Shown here one piece after another: positions 19,940 to 29,762 of a stretch of DNA of 64,000 nt. The notes below the pieces were generated by a model that ran no database searches, was not told the origin of the DNA, and saw only the letters and a list, made by a program, of their open reading frames with translations. The stretch covers positions 2,512 through 66,511 of the forward strand of contig JBBCAW010000052.1 of assembly GCA_051382295.1 (NCBI GenBank). Reading direction: 5' to 3'. The DNA comes from Bdellovibrionota bacterium FG-1 (GTDB lineage Bacteria > Bdellovibrionota > UBA1018). Every line of letters begins with the position of its first letter. Positions within the stretch are counted from its first letter, which is position 1. A program made the position numbers and the translations under genes.

Positions 19940-22467
19940 TTTAGCACTCCCGTCTGTGCGGCCATTTCAGTGACTCCGCCATAACCGCTGCCCGTGATGT
20001 TCAAGGCCATATCGACGTTCCAGTGTAAACCCGTGGCCAAATCATAGGGCATACTGAGCGTAAACTTCCAGCACCGCGAAGGACTTTGAATCTGGATATC
20101 CAGCTCACCGGCTTGAAATTTCTGGGTCAAAAAATTTCGAGTCAAACTCAAAGTAGGCAGCAAATAATCCGAAACTGAATAATTTAAAACCAAGGCTGCC
20201 ACACTCGTGCCCCCGCTAGGATCCGTATTTCCTACCTGATCCCAGGTGTAATTCAAAGTCAGCGACCGATTATAACTAAAAATCCCCCTATGCACCGTGG
20301 GATAGGTCAGCCAATAAGTCAGGGCTCCTGTGTAATATTGATTATAAACCCTGTCCCCCATGTAAGGATAATAATAATAGGTGTGCGTATAACGCAGTGT
20401 CGGTAAATTGAGTTCCATGGTCGTAAAAAGACGTGAAAAAGGATGCGGTGTGTGCGGCTGATACCCTAACTCAGGATGATTCGGATCTATAAGAATCGGG
20501 TCTCCGATCGCATTTTCTTCATACGGATGGTATTCTCTGAAATTGATTGCTTCACCCGCCGTTACCTCCAGAAATTTTAAATAGTATGTATTTAAGGATT
20601 CAAAAGCCCCCAAGCGTCGAATCAACTGACTGGTCAAACCTAAAGCCAATGAATTTCCAAGCGGAATATAATAATTGGTCGAACCAGCACTCGCGTCCCG
20701 CTGCACAACATCGTAATTATCAAAATAGTAACCAGGGGTGCCATTTTTTCCGGCGTTACGGATTTGCTGTAAAAAAGGGTGCTCCGCCCAACTTTCACGA
20801 ATCAAGGGTGAAGGAATATAAGAATAAGTCAGCACCGGTCGAATCAAATGCTTCAAACGAGGCGCATCTTTTTCAGATGGAATGTCGTAAACTCTTTCCA
20901 ACTGAGTACTCAAATCCAGCTGCGTTAACACATAATACCGCGCGAGATCAGGCACCTTGAAACGATCGGTACTTGGAAACGAATAGAAATATCCGAATCC
21001 TTTCACCGAGGGTACGAGCGAAAACAAATCAAAAGGCCGAATCGTCGTATACAATGAAGGCGTCAATGAAAGTCGGGTCGCCTTTCGAATAGGATCCACG
21101 CCCGGATTGTAAGCGGGTGGATTGTCTGGAGTCAGCACCCCAAAAGGCACGCTTGTCTTATCGTAATCAAAGGCATCCCGCGAACGCGTAAAGTTGACCA
21201 GACCCAGGCTGAGGCCTGCAACCAAAGGGGATCCAAATAGAGGCCACTCACGCGTGGTCAGTGCCGCCTTGGGAACAACTTGCACGGTTCTCGGATCAGC
21301 TTGAGTGACCTGAAGGATAGGCTCAGGCACCGTATTAATTAAGGTCCGGTACCACCGCGCCCCCACGTAAGCGCTCAACTCCGGATTTGCGTAGCTAAAA
21401 TTAAGACTCGACTCCAGACTGAGTTCATTGTTAGCCACGACATCGTTATTGCGCATGGCCTCACCCAGCTTCCAAGGGTAGAGATTATCACTCACTTCTT
21501 GAATTCGTAGTTTTTCTTCAATCCCCCACGGCAAGGCGTGCGACTGCGTCACATTCAAGGACCACCGATCGGGCGAGGGCATACCCCGGCCCCACATGTC
21601 ATTAAACTGGGAATCTCGAACAAAATTAAAATCAACCGTGGCCGCGCCGCCATCCAGGGCATAGCGCCCCTCCCACTCCACTCGCGGACCTCGCTTGGTG
21701 TAATCGCCCACCGCAAGGGACATATCTAAGCTGCGGTTGATCGCCCAGAAAAACGGCACCATAAAAACCACACCGTTATTGGTCGCTAACGAAAAATTCG
21801 GAAACAAAAACCCGGTTTGTCGTCGGGTTTTCATCGGCATGATCAAATAGGGCAACCAAAAAGCCGGCGTATCCGTAATTTTTCCGGTAACCCCATCCAT
21901 ATAGGCATAGCCTTCGATCTGCATATCCACATCGTCAGCAAGCAAGCTCCAAGATCCCGGACAATCTTGACAGGTCGTATACTCCCCTCGATGGGTTTGG
22001 AAATGCCCTGCCCCGAGCTTGTTAATTCGCTCCCCCGAAAGTGAAAACTGATCATTAGAAACACGCCCGCCCACGACCGTACCGGTTCGGGTGTCCAAAT
22101 TAAAATGCATTTCCTCACCACGAATCACCGACCCTGGCGCAACATAGACACAGTGGCCCCTAGCATCGAGCAGCCGGGTATTCATATCCATGGTGATATA
22201 ATCGGCAGTCAAGGTCTCGCCCGGCTGAGAAACTACGGCATGCCCAAACAACTCAACTCGATTTTCTTTGCGATGCCACAACTGACGATCTGCCGATGAA
22301 TGAATGGGTTGACCTTCAGTGATGGCGTCAGCATCCCGCACTTGGGTCCATGGACACATCAGCAAAAAACTCAGCAACGTGAGTGCTCGTCTCAGACGAA
22401 CGTTACTAGCTAGCCTCAAAGGTCTTCCGGAAAAAGACACGTTTGCCGTCCTAACCGCCACATCCAT
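19936..22467 (-). CDS. lptD: LPS-assembly protein LptD
   Basis: N-terminal OstA-like jellyroll, YTTC...PGSW, RQTGFLFP, long beta-barrel. Confidence 0.87.
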   Translation of the reverse strand: MDVAVRTANVSFSGRPLRLASNVRLRRALTLLSFLLMCPWTQVRDADAITEGQPIHSSADRQLWHRKENRVELFGHAVVSQPGETLTADYITMDMNTRLLDARGHCVYVAPGSVIRGEEMHFNLDTRTGTVVGGRVSNDQFSLSGERINKLGAGHFQTHRGEYTTCQDCPGSWSLLADDVDMQIEGYAYMDGVTGKITDTPAFWLPYLIMPMKTRRQTGFLFPNFSLATNNGVVFMVPFFWAINRSLDMSLAVGDYTKRGPRVEWEGRYALDGGAATVDFNFVRDSQFNDMWGRGMPSPDRWSLNVTQSHALPWGIEEKLRIQEVSDNLYPWKLGEAMRNNDVVANNELSLESSLNFSYANPELSAYVGARWYRTLINTVPEPILQVTQADPRTVQVVPKAALTTREWPLFGSPLVAGLSLGLVNFTRSRDAFDYDKTSVPFGVLTPDNPPAYNPGVDPIRKATRLSLTPSLYTTIRPFDLFSLVPSVKGFGYFYSFPSTDRFKVPDLARYYVLTQLDLSTQLERVYDIPSEKDAPRLKHLIRPVLTYSYIPSPLIRESWAEHPFLQQIRNAGKNGTPGYYFDNYDVVQRDASAGSTNYYIPLGNSLALGLTSQLIRRLGAFESLNTYYLKFLEVTAGEAINFREYHPYEENAIGDPILIDPNHPELGYQPHTPHPFSRLFTTMELNLPTLRYTHTYYYYPYMGDRVYNQYYTGALTYWLTYPTVHRGIFSYNRSLTLNYTWDQVGNTDPSGGTSVAALVLNYSVSDYLLPTLSLTRNFLTQKFQAGELDIQIQSPSRCWKFTLSMPYDLATGLHWNVDMALNITGSGYGGVTEMAAQTGVLK

Positions 22468-23294
22468 TGCCGCAATTCACCCGCCAAATCCTTGCGCGCC
22501 ACGATGCGATCCACAAAACCATGTTTTAATAAAAATTCGCTCCGCTGAAACCCTTTGGGCAACGCTTGTCGAATGGTCTGCGCAATCACCCGCGGTCCCG
22601 CAAAGCCAATCAAAGCTTGCGGCTCAACCAAAATCAAATCTCCCAGCATCGCGAACGAAGCCGCGACGCCCCCCGTTGTTGGGTCAGTCAGCACCGAAAT
22701 AAACGGAATCCCCTCAGATCGAAGATGGTGAACCATGGCCGATGTTTTAGCCATTTGCATGAGAGAAAGAATCCCCTCCTGCATTCGAGCGCCGCCCGAG
22801 GCCGATACCACAACTGCGGGAAGGCGATCGATCAAAGCACTTTCCAAAAGGCGAGTGACCTTTTCGCCGACCACGACACCCATGCTGCCGCCCATGAACC
22901 TGAATTCAAAGACGCCCAGATGAAAGGGCAGCCCGTGCAGTTTAGCCTTACCCACCACAAAGGCATCCCGAAGCCCCGTACTCCCTGCTGACGACCGAAG
23001 ACGCTCTTTGTAAGACTTGATGTCATCAAACTCCAGCGGATCAGTCGAAACCAAATCCTCAGCATACTCATCAAAACTTCCTTCGTCCGTCAGCATGGCG
23101 ATTCGATCTGCTGCAGTCATCCGAAAGTGAAAAGAACATTCCGGGCACACTTGCAGGGATTCCTTCAAAACCTTCGACTGGAGGATTTCGCTGCATTGGG
23201 TACACCTCACCCATAGACCTTCGGGAACTTTGGAAGTTCGCTGCGAAACCTGAGTTTTAATGCGGGGTGTCTTAAGATCATCAAACCAAGGCAT
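22416..23294 (-). CDS. accD: Acetyl-CoA carboxylase carboxyltransferase beta subunit
   Basis: LWVRC..C zinc finger, FMGGSMG, SGGARMQEG, PTTGGV and GFAGPRVI motifs. Confidence 0.96.
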   Translation of the reverse strand: MPWFDDLKTPRIKTQVSQRTSKVPEGLWVRCTQCSEILQSKVLKESLQVCPECSFHFRMTAADRIAMLTDEGSFDEYAEDLVSTDPLEFDDIKSYKERLRSSAGSTGLRDAFVVGKAKLHGLPFHLGVFEFRFMGGSMGVVVGEKVTRLLESALIDRLPAVVVSASGGARMQEGILSLMQMAKTSAMVHHLRSEGIPFISVLTDPTTGGVAASFAMLGDLILVEPQALIGFAGPRVIAQTIRQALPKGFQRSEFLLKHGFVDRIVARKDLAGELRQWMWRLGRQTCLFPEDL

Positions 23295-23327
23295 AGAAGA
23301 TGCCGGGAAAGTAACAGGCATCTTGCC

Positions 23328-23918
23328 CTAGGGCAAACAGGAATTCTTGACTGCGCGCGAAAACCCGTCGATCACCCCGGGGTCAAATTGAGTGCCCGAG
23401 TGAACCACCACTTCCCGATAGGCTTTATCCGCCGAAATTCCGCGCCGATAAGGCCTGTGGCTTCTCAAAGCATCGTAGGCATCCGCCACTGCCACCACTC
23501 GCGCCATCCACGGAATCTGCTCTCCCTGCAAGCCCTGAGGATACCCGCGCCCGTCCCACCGCTCATGATGAAACCGTATTCCGTCAACCCATCGATCATA
23601 TCCTTCAACCGTCTGTTCGGAACTCGCAAGAATTTCAAGACCCAAATCGGGATGCTTTCGCATGATCTTTTGCTCAGTTTCGTCCAGGGCTGAGCACTTT
23701 TTTAAAATCGGATCTTCAATCCCAATCTTGCCGACGTCGTGCAAAAGCGCCGCCAGACGAAGCCACTCCAGTTCAAAGTCCGAAAAAGAGGTCGTCATGT
23801 GGCGCGCAATCATCACCGCGTAATGAGCGACACGTTTTCCATGCCCCCAGGTCACACGATCTTTTTGTTCAATGGCGTGCACGAAGGTTTCGGCGAACTG
23901 CTCCGAAAATGAGGACAT
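23328..23918 (-). CDS. HD-GYP domain c-di-GMP phosphodiesterase
   Basis: LLHDVGKIG, HHERWDGRGYP, VADAYDAL and RPYR motifs. Confidence 0.9.
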   Translation of the reverse strand: MSSFSEQFAETFVHAIEQKDRVTWGHGKRVAHYAVMIARHMTTSFSDFELEWLRLAALLHDVGKIGIEDPILKKCSALDETEQKIMRKHPDLGLEILASSEQTVEGYDRWVDGIRFHHERWDGRGYPQGLQGEQIPWMARVVAVADAYDALRSHRPYRRGISADKAYREVVVHSGTQFDPGVIDGFSRAVKNSCLP

Positions 23919-23919
23919 G

Positions 23920-23934
23920 AAGACATCCTGTCTT
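23920..23934 (-). promoter_or_regulatory. GGA-loop hairpin over the RBS (candidate CsrA site)
   Basis: AAGACA-GGA-TGTCTT perfect hairpin containing CAGGATG immediately before ATG 23918. Confidence 0.45.
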
Positions 23935-23992
23935 GAAAGAAGGGCGAACTTCCTGTCCACCCAGAGTGTGATTTTGGTTCTTGATTGAGTTT

Positions 23993-24094
23993 AAAAAAAT
24001 GCCTCAGTGAACGATCATCCTAATCCCACCGAGGCCCACGAGAGCGTTATCTTATCTCCCAAGAATCCTTCCATGGATTCATTCCACAACCACA
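23993..24094 (-). ncRNA. Candidate ~100-nt GGA-rich small RNA or attenuated leader
   Basis: Upstream promoter, hairpins, six GGA triplets, and terminator GCCTCGGTG...CACTGAGGC-ATTTTTTT. Confidence 0.4.
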
Positions 24095-24100
24095 TCTTTT

Positions 24101-24128
24101 AGTCTACGGGGGTTCCACCAGGGGTCAA
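24101..24128 (-). promoter_or_regulatory. Sigma-70-type promoter
   Basis: TTGACC-N16-TAGACT on the minus strand. Confidence 0.55.
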
Positions 24129-25054
24129 CCCCCCTGACTCACTTTTTTTCCAGAAAGCTTGAGTGCGGCCTCGTAAACTTGCTTTTTAGGGATGCCAAAC
24201 TGTTGGCTCACCTCTCTAGCCGCTTCTGAGGCCGAAACCCGGACATTCAGAAGACATTTTAAAGATTTAACCCATTCTGAACTATTCGAAATATTCTCTC
24301 GTTCATTTTCCATTTGAGCTAAACCCGAACGGGATAAAAGCAGCGCAAAACACCACTCGCCTCGCGCCCCCTCCCGTAACACCTCGTCCGCAACGGCTTT
24401 TTGGACTTCCGAGGCCTCTCCAGCAAAAAGCCGTTCATGGAACTTCGTGAGTTCCTTGCCGACCACCAATTTTGAGGAGGGTTCCTGTTGAGCCAAAAAA
24501 TCAAGGGCGTCGACAATTCGCTCGGGACTCTCAAACCACACAAAAACACGAGAAATTTGCAAATCTACACACCGACGAACGGCTTCCAGCTCATGGAGCC
24601 TTTCCTTGGCCTTGCGGTGAAAAAATCCCCGAAAAACAAAAGCCGTCTCGGAAAATCCAGAAACTGACAAAAGCGTCAACACCGCCGAAGGCCCCGGAAT
24701 CGGCGTCACGGTGACCTGTTTTTTGAGCGCCAAAGCCACCAGTTCTGCCCCTGGATCACTCACCGCAGGTGTCCCCGCATCACTGACCAGCGCGAAAGTT
24801 TCGCCCGCCACGAGCCGTTCACTGAAAAATTCCAACCGCGACACCGGCGCGTGCGCATCCAATCGCTCCAAGCGCTTTCCACTCATCCCCAAGGCACTCA
24901 ACAACTGCAACGTCCGGCGCGTGTCTTCACATAAAATAACAGGTGCATCTTCCAGCGCTTGGCGGGTCCGCGCGGACAAATCCCCTAAATTGCCTATTGG
25001 GGTCGCAACCACCCAAAGCCCACTCGGTAAAACTTGCCTCTTTATCGATTCCAT
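24125..25054 (-). CDS. rsmI: 16S rRNA C1402 2'-O-methyltransferase RsmI
   Basis: VVATPIGNLGD, CEDTR, SDAGTPAVSDPG, FESP and KELTK motifs. Confidence 0.95.
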   Translation of the reverse strand: MESIKRQVLPSGLWVVATPIGNLGDLSARTRQALEDAPVILCEDTRRTLQLLSALGMSGKRLERLDAHAPVSRLEFFSERLVAGETFALVSDAGTPAVSDPGAELVALALKKQVTVTPIPGPSAVLTLLSVSGFSETAFVFRGFFHRKAKERLHELEAVRRCVDLQISRVFVWFESPERIVDALDFLAQQEPSSKLVVGKELTKFHERLFAGEASEVQKAVADEVLREGARGEWCFALLLSRSGLAQMENERENISNSSEWVKSLKCLLNVRVSASEAAREVSQQFGIPKKQVYEAALKLSGKKVSQGG

Positions 25055-25094
25055 CTGACATCAGATAATAGAGAAAGAACTGGAGATCGGAAAG

Positions 25095-25451
25095 ATGAAA
25101 ACCCAAATCAAAAAAAATGGCGACACCATCGTGGTGTCTATGGACGGGAAACTCGACTTTGAGACCAATGTCCCCTTGCGCGAAGAGCTCTCCAAGCTCA
25201 TCAAGCCCCATAAGACGGATTCAACGCCGAAAAAAATCATTTTCAATCTCGAAAATCTTGAATTCGTCGGTTCCAGCGGAATCTCCTCGTTTGTGCAAAC
25301 ACTCAAGGAGTTCAATGCGGTTGCCCAAGAAAAGCCACGGTACTGTCACGTTAAAAGTGAATTTCGACGAGTGATGAAAGCTTTTGACGAAACCGAAGTT
25401 TTTGAGTTTTACGACACTGAAGAGCGCGCAAAAAAAAGTTTCGACCAATAA
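25095..25451 (+). CDS. STAS-domain anti-sigma-factor antagonist
   Basis: GKLD...LEFVGSSGI STAS motif; GGAG RBS. Confidence 0.85.
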   Translation: MKTQIKKNGDTIVVSMDGKLDFETNVPLREELSKLIKPHKTDSTPKKIIFNLENLEFVGSSGISSFVQTLKEFNAVAQEKPRYCHVKSEFRRVMKAFDETEVFEFYDTEERAKKSFDQ

Positions 25452-25461
25452 ACGAAGCGAT

Positions 25462-25911
25462 TTAAAAGCGCAAAACAGTCCAGTGAGCATTCCACCCATC
25501 TCGGGCCCAATCATGCTCTCTTGGAGCCGGAGTGCGCACAGATGCGAGTCGACGAAATTCTATTTGCGGATCACCGCTTCGAGCGTTGTTTAAATAAGAA
25601 GTCCGAAACCGATCTTCGGGCGGTTCTGCGCTAAAAACAAAATAGAGCCCCACCGCTATACCCAAATAAAGGCCCACAGAGCTTCCTATAAAAATCGTCC
25701 GCACATCGCGGCTCATCGGAAGAGACGCAACCCCCAAAATCGTGCCCCCCGCCAATCCATACTCGCCCGCTAAAAGTACAGTCTGAACATCCGGATCCAT
25801 GGCGCGCGCTAGCGGAGCAACCGTCACGCCAGCCGCAAAAATTCCAACCACCATCCACGCGGTGACCAACAACGACTTCTTTTTTGGGCTATTACCTCGA
25901 AAATCCAGCAT
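25462..25911 (-). CDS. Hypothetical exported or membrane protein
   Basis: Signal-like N-terminus, Gly-rich hydrophobic segments, C-terminal Phe; co-oriented with the operon. Confidence 0.6.
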   Translation of the reverse strand: MLDFRGNSPKKKSLLVTAWMVVGIFAAGVTVAPLARAMDPDVQTVLLAGEYGLAGGTILGVASLPMSRDVRTIFIGSSVGLYLGIAVGLYFVFSAEPPEDRFRTSYLNNARSGDPQIEFRRLASVRTPAPREHDWARDGWNAHWTVLRF

Positions 25912-25944
25912 TCTCCTCTAAGCTCTCAGGGCAAAGACTGTTGG

Positions 25945-26355
25945 TCAAGCCTGCGTCCAAAGATTCTGAAAATACTGCCACTGTCGACCATCCCAACCCA
26001 GGACATCCAGGCGGGCAGTCTCTGCTTGACCCCGGTACCCCGAAAGATACCATGAAATCGCCCGCCTCAGCCGCCGCTGTTTAGATAGTCCGACACTTTC
26101 AAGGGGCGTTTGCCACCCCCCGGGTAAACGTGCCCTCACCTCAATAAAAACCAACTCAGTGGCGCCTTCTCCTGACCCCTCTAGCTCCGCCGGGGGTTCT
26201 TCAAAAATCAGATCGATCTCGCCGACCTTACAACGAAAACCCCGCTCCAAAAACCGAGCCTGCGGAAACTTCTGACGATACCAAGTTTCGGCATCGCGCT
26301 CCACGCGCCAACCCCAATGGAGTGCTGACTCATCTTCAATTCGATCCAAGCTCAT
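25945..26355 (-). CDS. yraN: YraN (UPF0102) family protein
   Basis: GEIDLI...LVFIEVRAR...KQRRL...RLDV; follows rnhB. Confidence 0.88.
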   Translation of the reverse strand: MSLDRIEDESALHWGWRVERDAETWYRQKFPQARFLERGFRCKVGEIDLIFEEPPAELEGSGEGATELVFIEVRARLPGGWQTPLESVGLSKQRRLRRAISWYLSGYRGQAETARLDVLGWDGRQWQYFQNLWTQA

Positions 26356-27106
26356 TTGACGGCAAGTCTGCACAAAGTGCACCATTCGCTATCAATCGGG
26401 CCACGGGAGCAAAACTTCGCCGATGAATCAAACAAGGACCTAACCGAGCCAAAGCAGCCTGGTGTGCTGGAGTGCCATATCCCTTGTGAATTCCGAATCC
26501 ATAACCCGGCCACTGATCGTCCAACTTTGCCATCTGACGATCACGCCAAACCTTGGCCAGGATCGATGACGCAGCGACACTCAAGCATTTTAAATCGCCC
26601 TTAACCACCGCCGTTGCGGCACATGGAAGCCCCTGCGGAATTCGATTGCCGTCAATAATAGCATGAAAGGCCACCCCACCCCCCCGTTCCAACGCCTGAT
26701 TGACAGCAATCTGTGCAGCTCGAACCATCGCTAAGTGAGAGGCATGATAAATATTGAGGCGATCGACTTCCTCGACCGAAGCGACACCAATACCATAGGA
26801 AAAAGCCCATTTTTCAAGCAAGGGTGCCAGTTCATCACGCTTTGCCGGGGTCAAACACTTACTATCGGCAACCCGCTTCAACCACGGATCGCGCTCAAAA
26901 TCCACCGCAGGGGGCAGAACCAAGGCCCCTGCTACCACTGGACCCGCCAGACATCCGCGGCCGACCTCGTCTACTCCAATGAGCCAAACATGCGGGTACC
27001 CTAATTTTTGTTCCCATTCAAGATCCGGTGACCGGGTTTTGGACTTGGATCCAGAACGCGCGGCCACCGATTTTCTTGAAATAGTTTTTTTCTCTGAAGG
27101 ACTCAC
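26336..27106 (-). CDS. rnhB: Ribonuclease HII
   Basis: GVDEVGRGCLAGPV, DSK, KGD, AASSILAKV and HKGYGT motifs. Confidence 0.96.
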   Translation of the reverse strand: MSPSEKKTISRKSVAARSGSKSKTRSPDLEWEQKLGYPHVWLIGVDEVGRGCLAGPVVAGALVLPPAVDFERDPWLKRVADSKCLTPAKRDELAPLLEKWAFSYGIGVASVEEVDRLNIYHASHLAMVRAAQIAVNQALERGGGVAFHAIIDGNRIPQGLPCAATAVVKGDLKCLSVAASSILAKVWRDRQMAKLDDQWPGYGFGIHKGYGTPAHQAALARLGPCLIHRRSFAPVARLIANGALCADLPSNELGSN

Positions 27107-27564
27107 TTCTTAGCTGGAGCATCCTTAGCGGCTGCCTTGGCAGCAGCGGAAGCCAAGGTTTCGACCGCGCGCTCGATACGAGCAGCCTTACCTTCGAGAC
27201 CACGCAGGTAATAAAGCTTAGCACGACGAATGCGGCCTTCTTGCACCAACTCGAGCTTGGCAATCTTAGAGGAGGTTTCGACAAAAATACGTTCGACGCC
27301 AACGCCATGAGAAATCTTGCGAACGATGAAACTCTTGCCACCGTCTTTATTACGACGACCAATGACCACCCCTTCGTAGGGCTGAACACGCTCTTTATCG
27401 CCTTCTTTAATGCGAACATGAACCCGAACCGTATCCCCCGCTTTAAACAGAGGAAACTCGGAACGAACGAGCTTCGCTTCTACTGCGGCCACTCGAGCGG
27501 CAAGCCCGGTGATCTTGGCAGTAGCGTTTTTGGAGGTACGACGATATTTCTTTTTAGTTTTCAT
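27103..27564 (-). CDS. rplS: 50S ribosomal protein L19
   Basis: GDTVRVHVRIKEGDKERVQ...GVGVERIF...RRAKLYYLR. Confidence 0.96.
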   Translation of the reverse strand: MKTKKKYRRTSKNATAKITGLAARVAAVEAKLVRSEFPLFKAGDTVRVHVRIKEGDKERVQPYEGVVIGRRNKDGGKSFIVRKISHGVGVERIFVETSSKIAKLELVQEGRIRRAKLYYLRGLEGKAARIERAVETLASAAAKAAAKDAPAKK

Positions 27565-27646
27565 AGGAACTTTCAGTTTTTCATTTGGACGTTTTTGACG
27601 CCTAGCCAGTTGTCATTGTAAAGCTCGGTTTTAGCCTCACAACCGG

Positions 27647-28264
27647 TTACTGCCCGAACAGCCGATCGAGAATAATCGCGACAGCGGAACGAACGGAGAG
27701 GTGATTATACCCCTCTTTACCTTTAGGCCCGTACACCGGAGCCAGGATCCGGTGTACCTCGGGATAAAAGGCATCCGAAATTCCCCAACCGGTTCCAAAG
27801 ACCAGAACAACTGGCCGATTTCCTCGATTCGGATCCGCAAGCTCCTCCCGATATTGGGAGTAACTGACAGAATTCGGAAGCGGTCGCGCATCGGTCAAGA
27901 CCACTTCAGGGTCAATTCCATGCACGGCGCGAATGGCGGTTTTCACTTCATCAAAATTTCTCACCAACCGAACCAGTGAAAGCGCCTCAACGCGATCCGG
28001 GTGATGTTTTTTTGCCGAATCAGACCCCCAATACTGCAAGATCCGTCCAACTACTTCATGCTGGTCCTCAATGGGGGTCACTAGAAAGTACCCCATCGCT
28101 CCATATGTCCGTGCCGACCTCGAAATATCATGGATATCCATGTTTGTAACTGAGGTCGTCACTGCCTCGCCATTTCGATTCACCACAGGGGCATGCAGGA
28201 GAGTGACATAAAGTGGAGCCAACACGTAGGCTAGCGAGATAGCATGATCAGCACCAAGCTTCAA
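27647..28264 (-). CDS. SPOUT RNA methyltransferase (TrmD-associated family)
   Basis: LLHAPVVNR, DIHDISR, FGTGWG and YNHLSVRSAVAIILDRL motifs. Confidence 0.88.
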   Translation of the reverse strand: MKLGADHAISLAYVLAPLYVTLLHAPVVNRNGEAVTTSVTNMDIHDISRSARTYGAMGYFLVTPIEDQHEVVGRILQYWGSDSAKKHHPDRVEALSLVRLVRNFDEVKTAIRAVHGIDPEVVLTDARPLPNSVSYSQYREELADPNRGNRPVVLVFGTGWGISDAFYPEVHRILAPVYGPKGKEGYNHLSVRSAVAIILDRLFGQ

Positions 28265-28282
28265 TCAATTTGGTGACTTTTG

Positions 28283-29056
28283 TCACTTTTCGACGAGCAA
28301 ATCGGGGCGCTTTTGTGCCGTTCTTTGTTCCATTTGGCGCCTGCGCCACTCAGTAATCGCACCATGATCCCCGGTCATTAAAATGTCTGGCACGGCCAAA
28401 CCCTCGTAATCCCGAGGGCGCGTGTACTGTGGGTATTTCACTAGCCCACCTTCCAGACTATCCTGAGTAATCGAACGCTGATTGCCCACAACCCCGGGCA
28501 ATAATCGAGTAATGGCTTCAGCCATAATCAAAGCCGGTAACTCACCGCCGGTCAAAACGTAGTTACCAACCGAAACCTCACGATCCACACAAAGATCAAT
28601 AAATCGCTCGTCGACCCCTTCATAATGGCCGCAGACCAAAATAAGCTGAGAGTAAGTGGCAAGCTCTTTGGCCATTTCCTGATCAAAAAGCTGACCTTGA
28701 GGAGAAAGTAAAATCGTGGCCACTTTTTGGGAGGCTCCGACAGGGGGGAGCACGGACTTCCAGGCGGCGTGAAGCACGTCCACCTTCAGCAACATGCCTT
28801 CCCCACCGCCATAGGGCGTGTCGTCTACGGTATGATGTTTATCCGTAGCGAAACTGCGAATCTGGGTAGTCTGAAAAGAAACAAGTCCCTTTTTTTGGGC
28901 TTTCCCCATCAAACTAAAATCCAACACTGTCGGAAATACTTCCGGAAAAAGTGTCAGAAAATGAAATTCTAACAACGGTCGCCCAGACACCGAAGTCTGA
29001 GGGTTATTCGATGATTTCGAGGACTGTTCTTTTTCGAAGCTTAGTGGATGCGCCAT
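28283..29056 (-). CDS. trmD: tRNA (guanine37-N1)-methyltransferase TrmD
   Basis: [32 protein letters not shown] and YTRP motifs; start uncertain. Confidence 0.95.
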   Translation of the reverse strand: MAHPLSFEKEQSSKSSNNPQTSVSGRPLLEFHFLTLFPEVFPTVLDFSLMGKAQKKGLVSFQTTQIRSFATDKHHTVDDTPYGGGEGMLLKVDVLHAAWKSVLPPVGASQKVATILLSPQGQLFDQEMAKELATYSQLILVCGHYEGVDERFIDLCVDREVSVGNYVLTGGELPALIMAEAITRLLPGVVGNQRSITQDSLEGGLVKYPQYTRPRDYEGLAVPDILMTGDHGAITEWRRRQMEQRTAQKRPDLLVEK

Positions 29057-29285
29057 TTAAAATCGTACGAATCGAACGGGCTGTACGGCCTTGTTTTCCG
29101 ATAATCTTTCCGAGATCTTCTTTGGCTACCTTAAGCTCAATCACGGTGGTGTTTTCGCCCACGATCTCATAAACCGAGACCTGATCCGAAAGATCAACCA
29201 ACATCCTGGCCATGTACTCGATCATCTTGGCAAGTTCGCTCAGCTGCTTAGCCTCGCTCTTTCCATCAGACGTCTCATTTGACAT
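29004..29285 (-). CDS. khpA: KH-domain RNA-binding protein KhpA
   Basis: [17 protein letters not shown]; located after rpsP. Confidence 0.9.
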   Translation of the reverse strand: MSNETSDGKSEAKQLSELAKMIEYMARMLVDLSDQVSVYEIVGENTTVIELKVAKEDLGKIIGKQGRTARSIRTILNGASTKLRKRTVLEIIE

Positions 29286-29427
29286 TGCGCCTCCTCAGGT
29301 CGAGATCTCGATTAAGCCTCATCGCGGCTAAGGTTTACCAGGATTTCACCTAGATAAACCCCAACAGCTGACGGCCTAAATGGAGCGCCCCAAGAGGTCA
29401 AACTGAACCGAAGGTGACCGCTCAGTC

Positions 29428-29673
29428 TTATTTTGCAAGGCCTTTGAGCAGTTGTCCAACAGTTTTCGTCACTTGAGCACCCTTAGCCTGCCATGCCTTC
29501 ACTTGCTCAAAGTTCACCTTGAGCTTTTCAGCATCCGTTTTGGCCTTAGGGTAATAGTGGCCGAGCTTATCGAGATAGGCCCCATCGCGCTTCTTAGCTG
29601 AATCCACTGCAACCACGAGGTATTGCGGGTTTTTCTTGGCGCCCTGACGGGACAGACGAATCATCACGCCCAT
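29428..29673 (-). CDS. rpsP: 30S ribosomal protein S16
   Basis: IRLSRQGAKKNPQY...RDG...LGHYYP...W...GAQ. Confidence 0.95.
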   Translation of the reverse strand: MGVMIRLSRQGAKKNPQYLVVAVDSAKKRDGAYLDKLGHYYPKAKTDAEKLKVNFEQVKAWQAKGAQVTKTVGQLLKGLAK

Positions 29674-29762
29674 TTGAATTATTTCCTTTCAAATCAATAA
29701 GTAACAAAAACCTTGTCATTCGAGTTGTTTTCGAAGAGCTAGGTCATTAACAATTTGTAAGC

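Noticed and set aside
23993-24094. c-di-GMP-I/II riboswitch upstream of the HD-GYP gene
   Set aside because: No GGCAAA/GNRA-receptor GEMM pattern or class II kink-turn consensus recognisable
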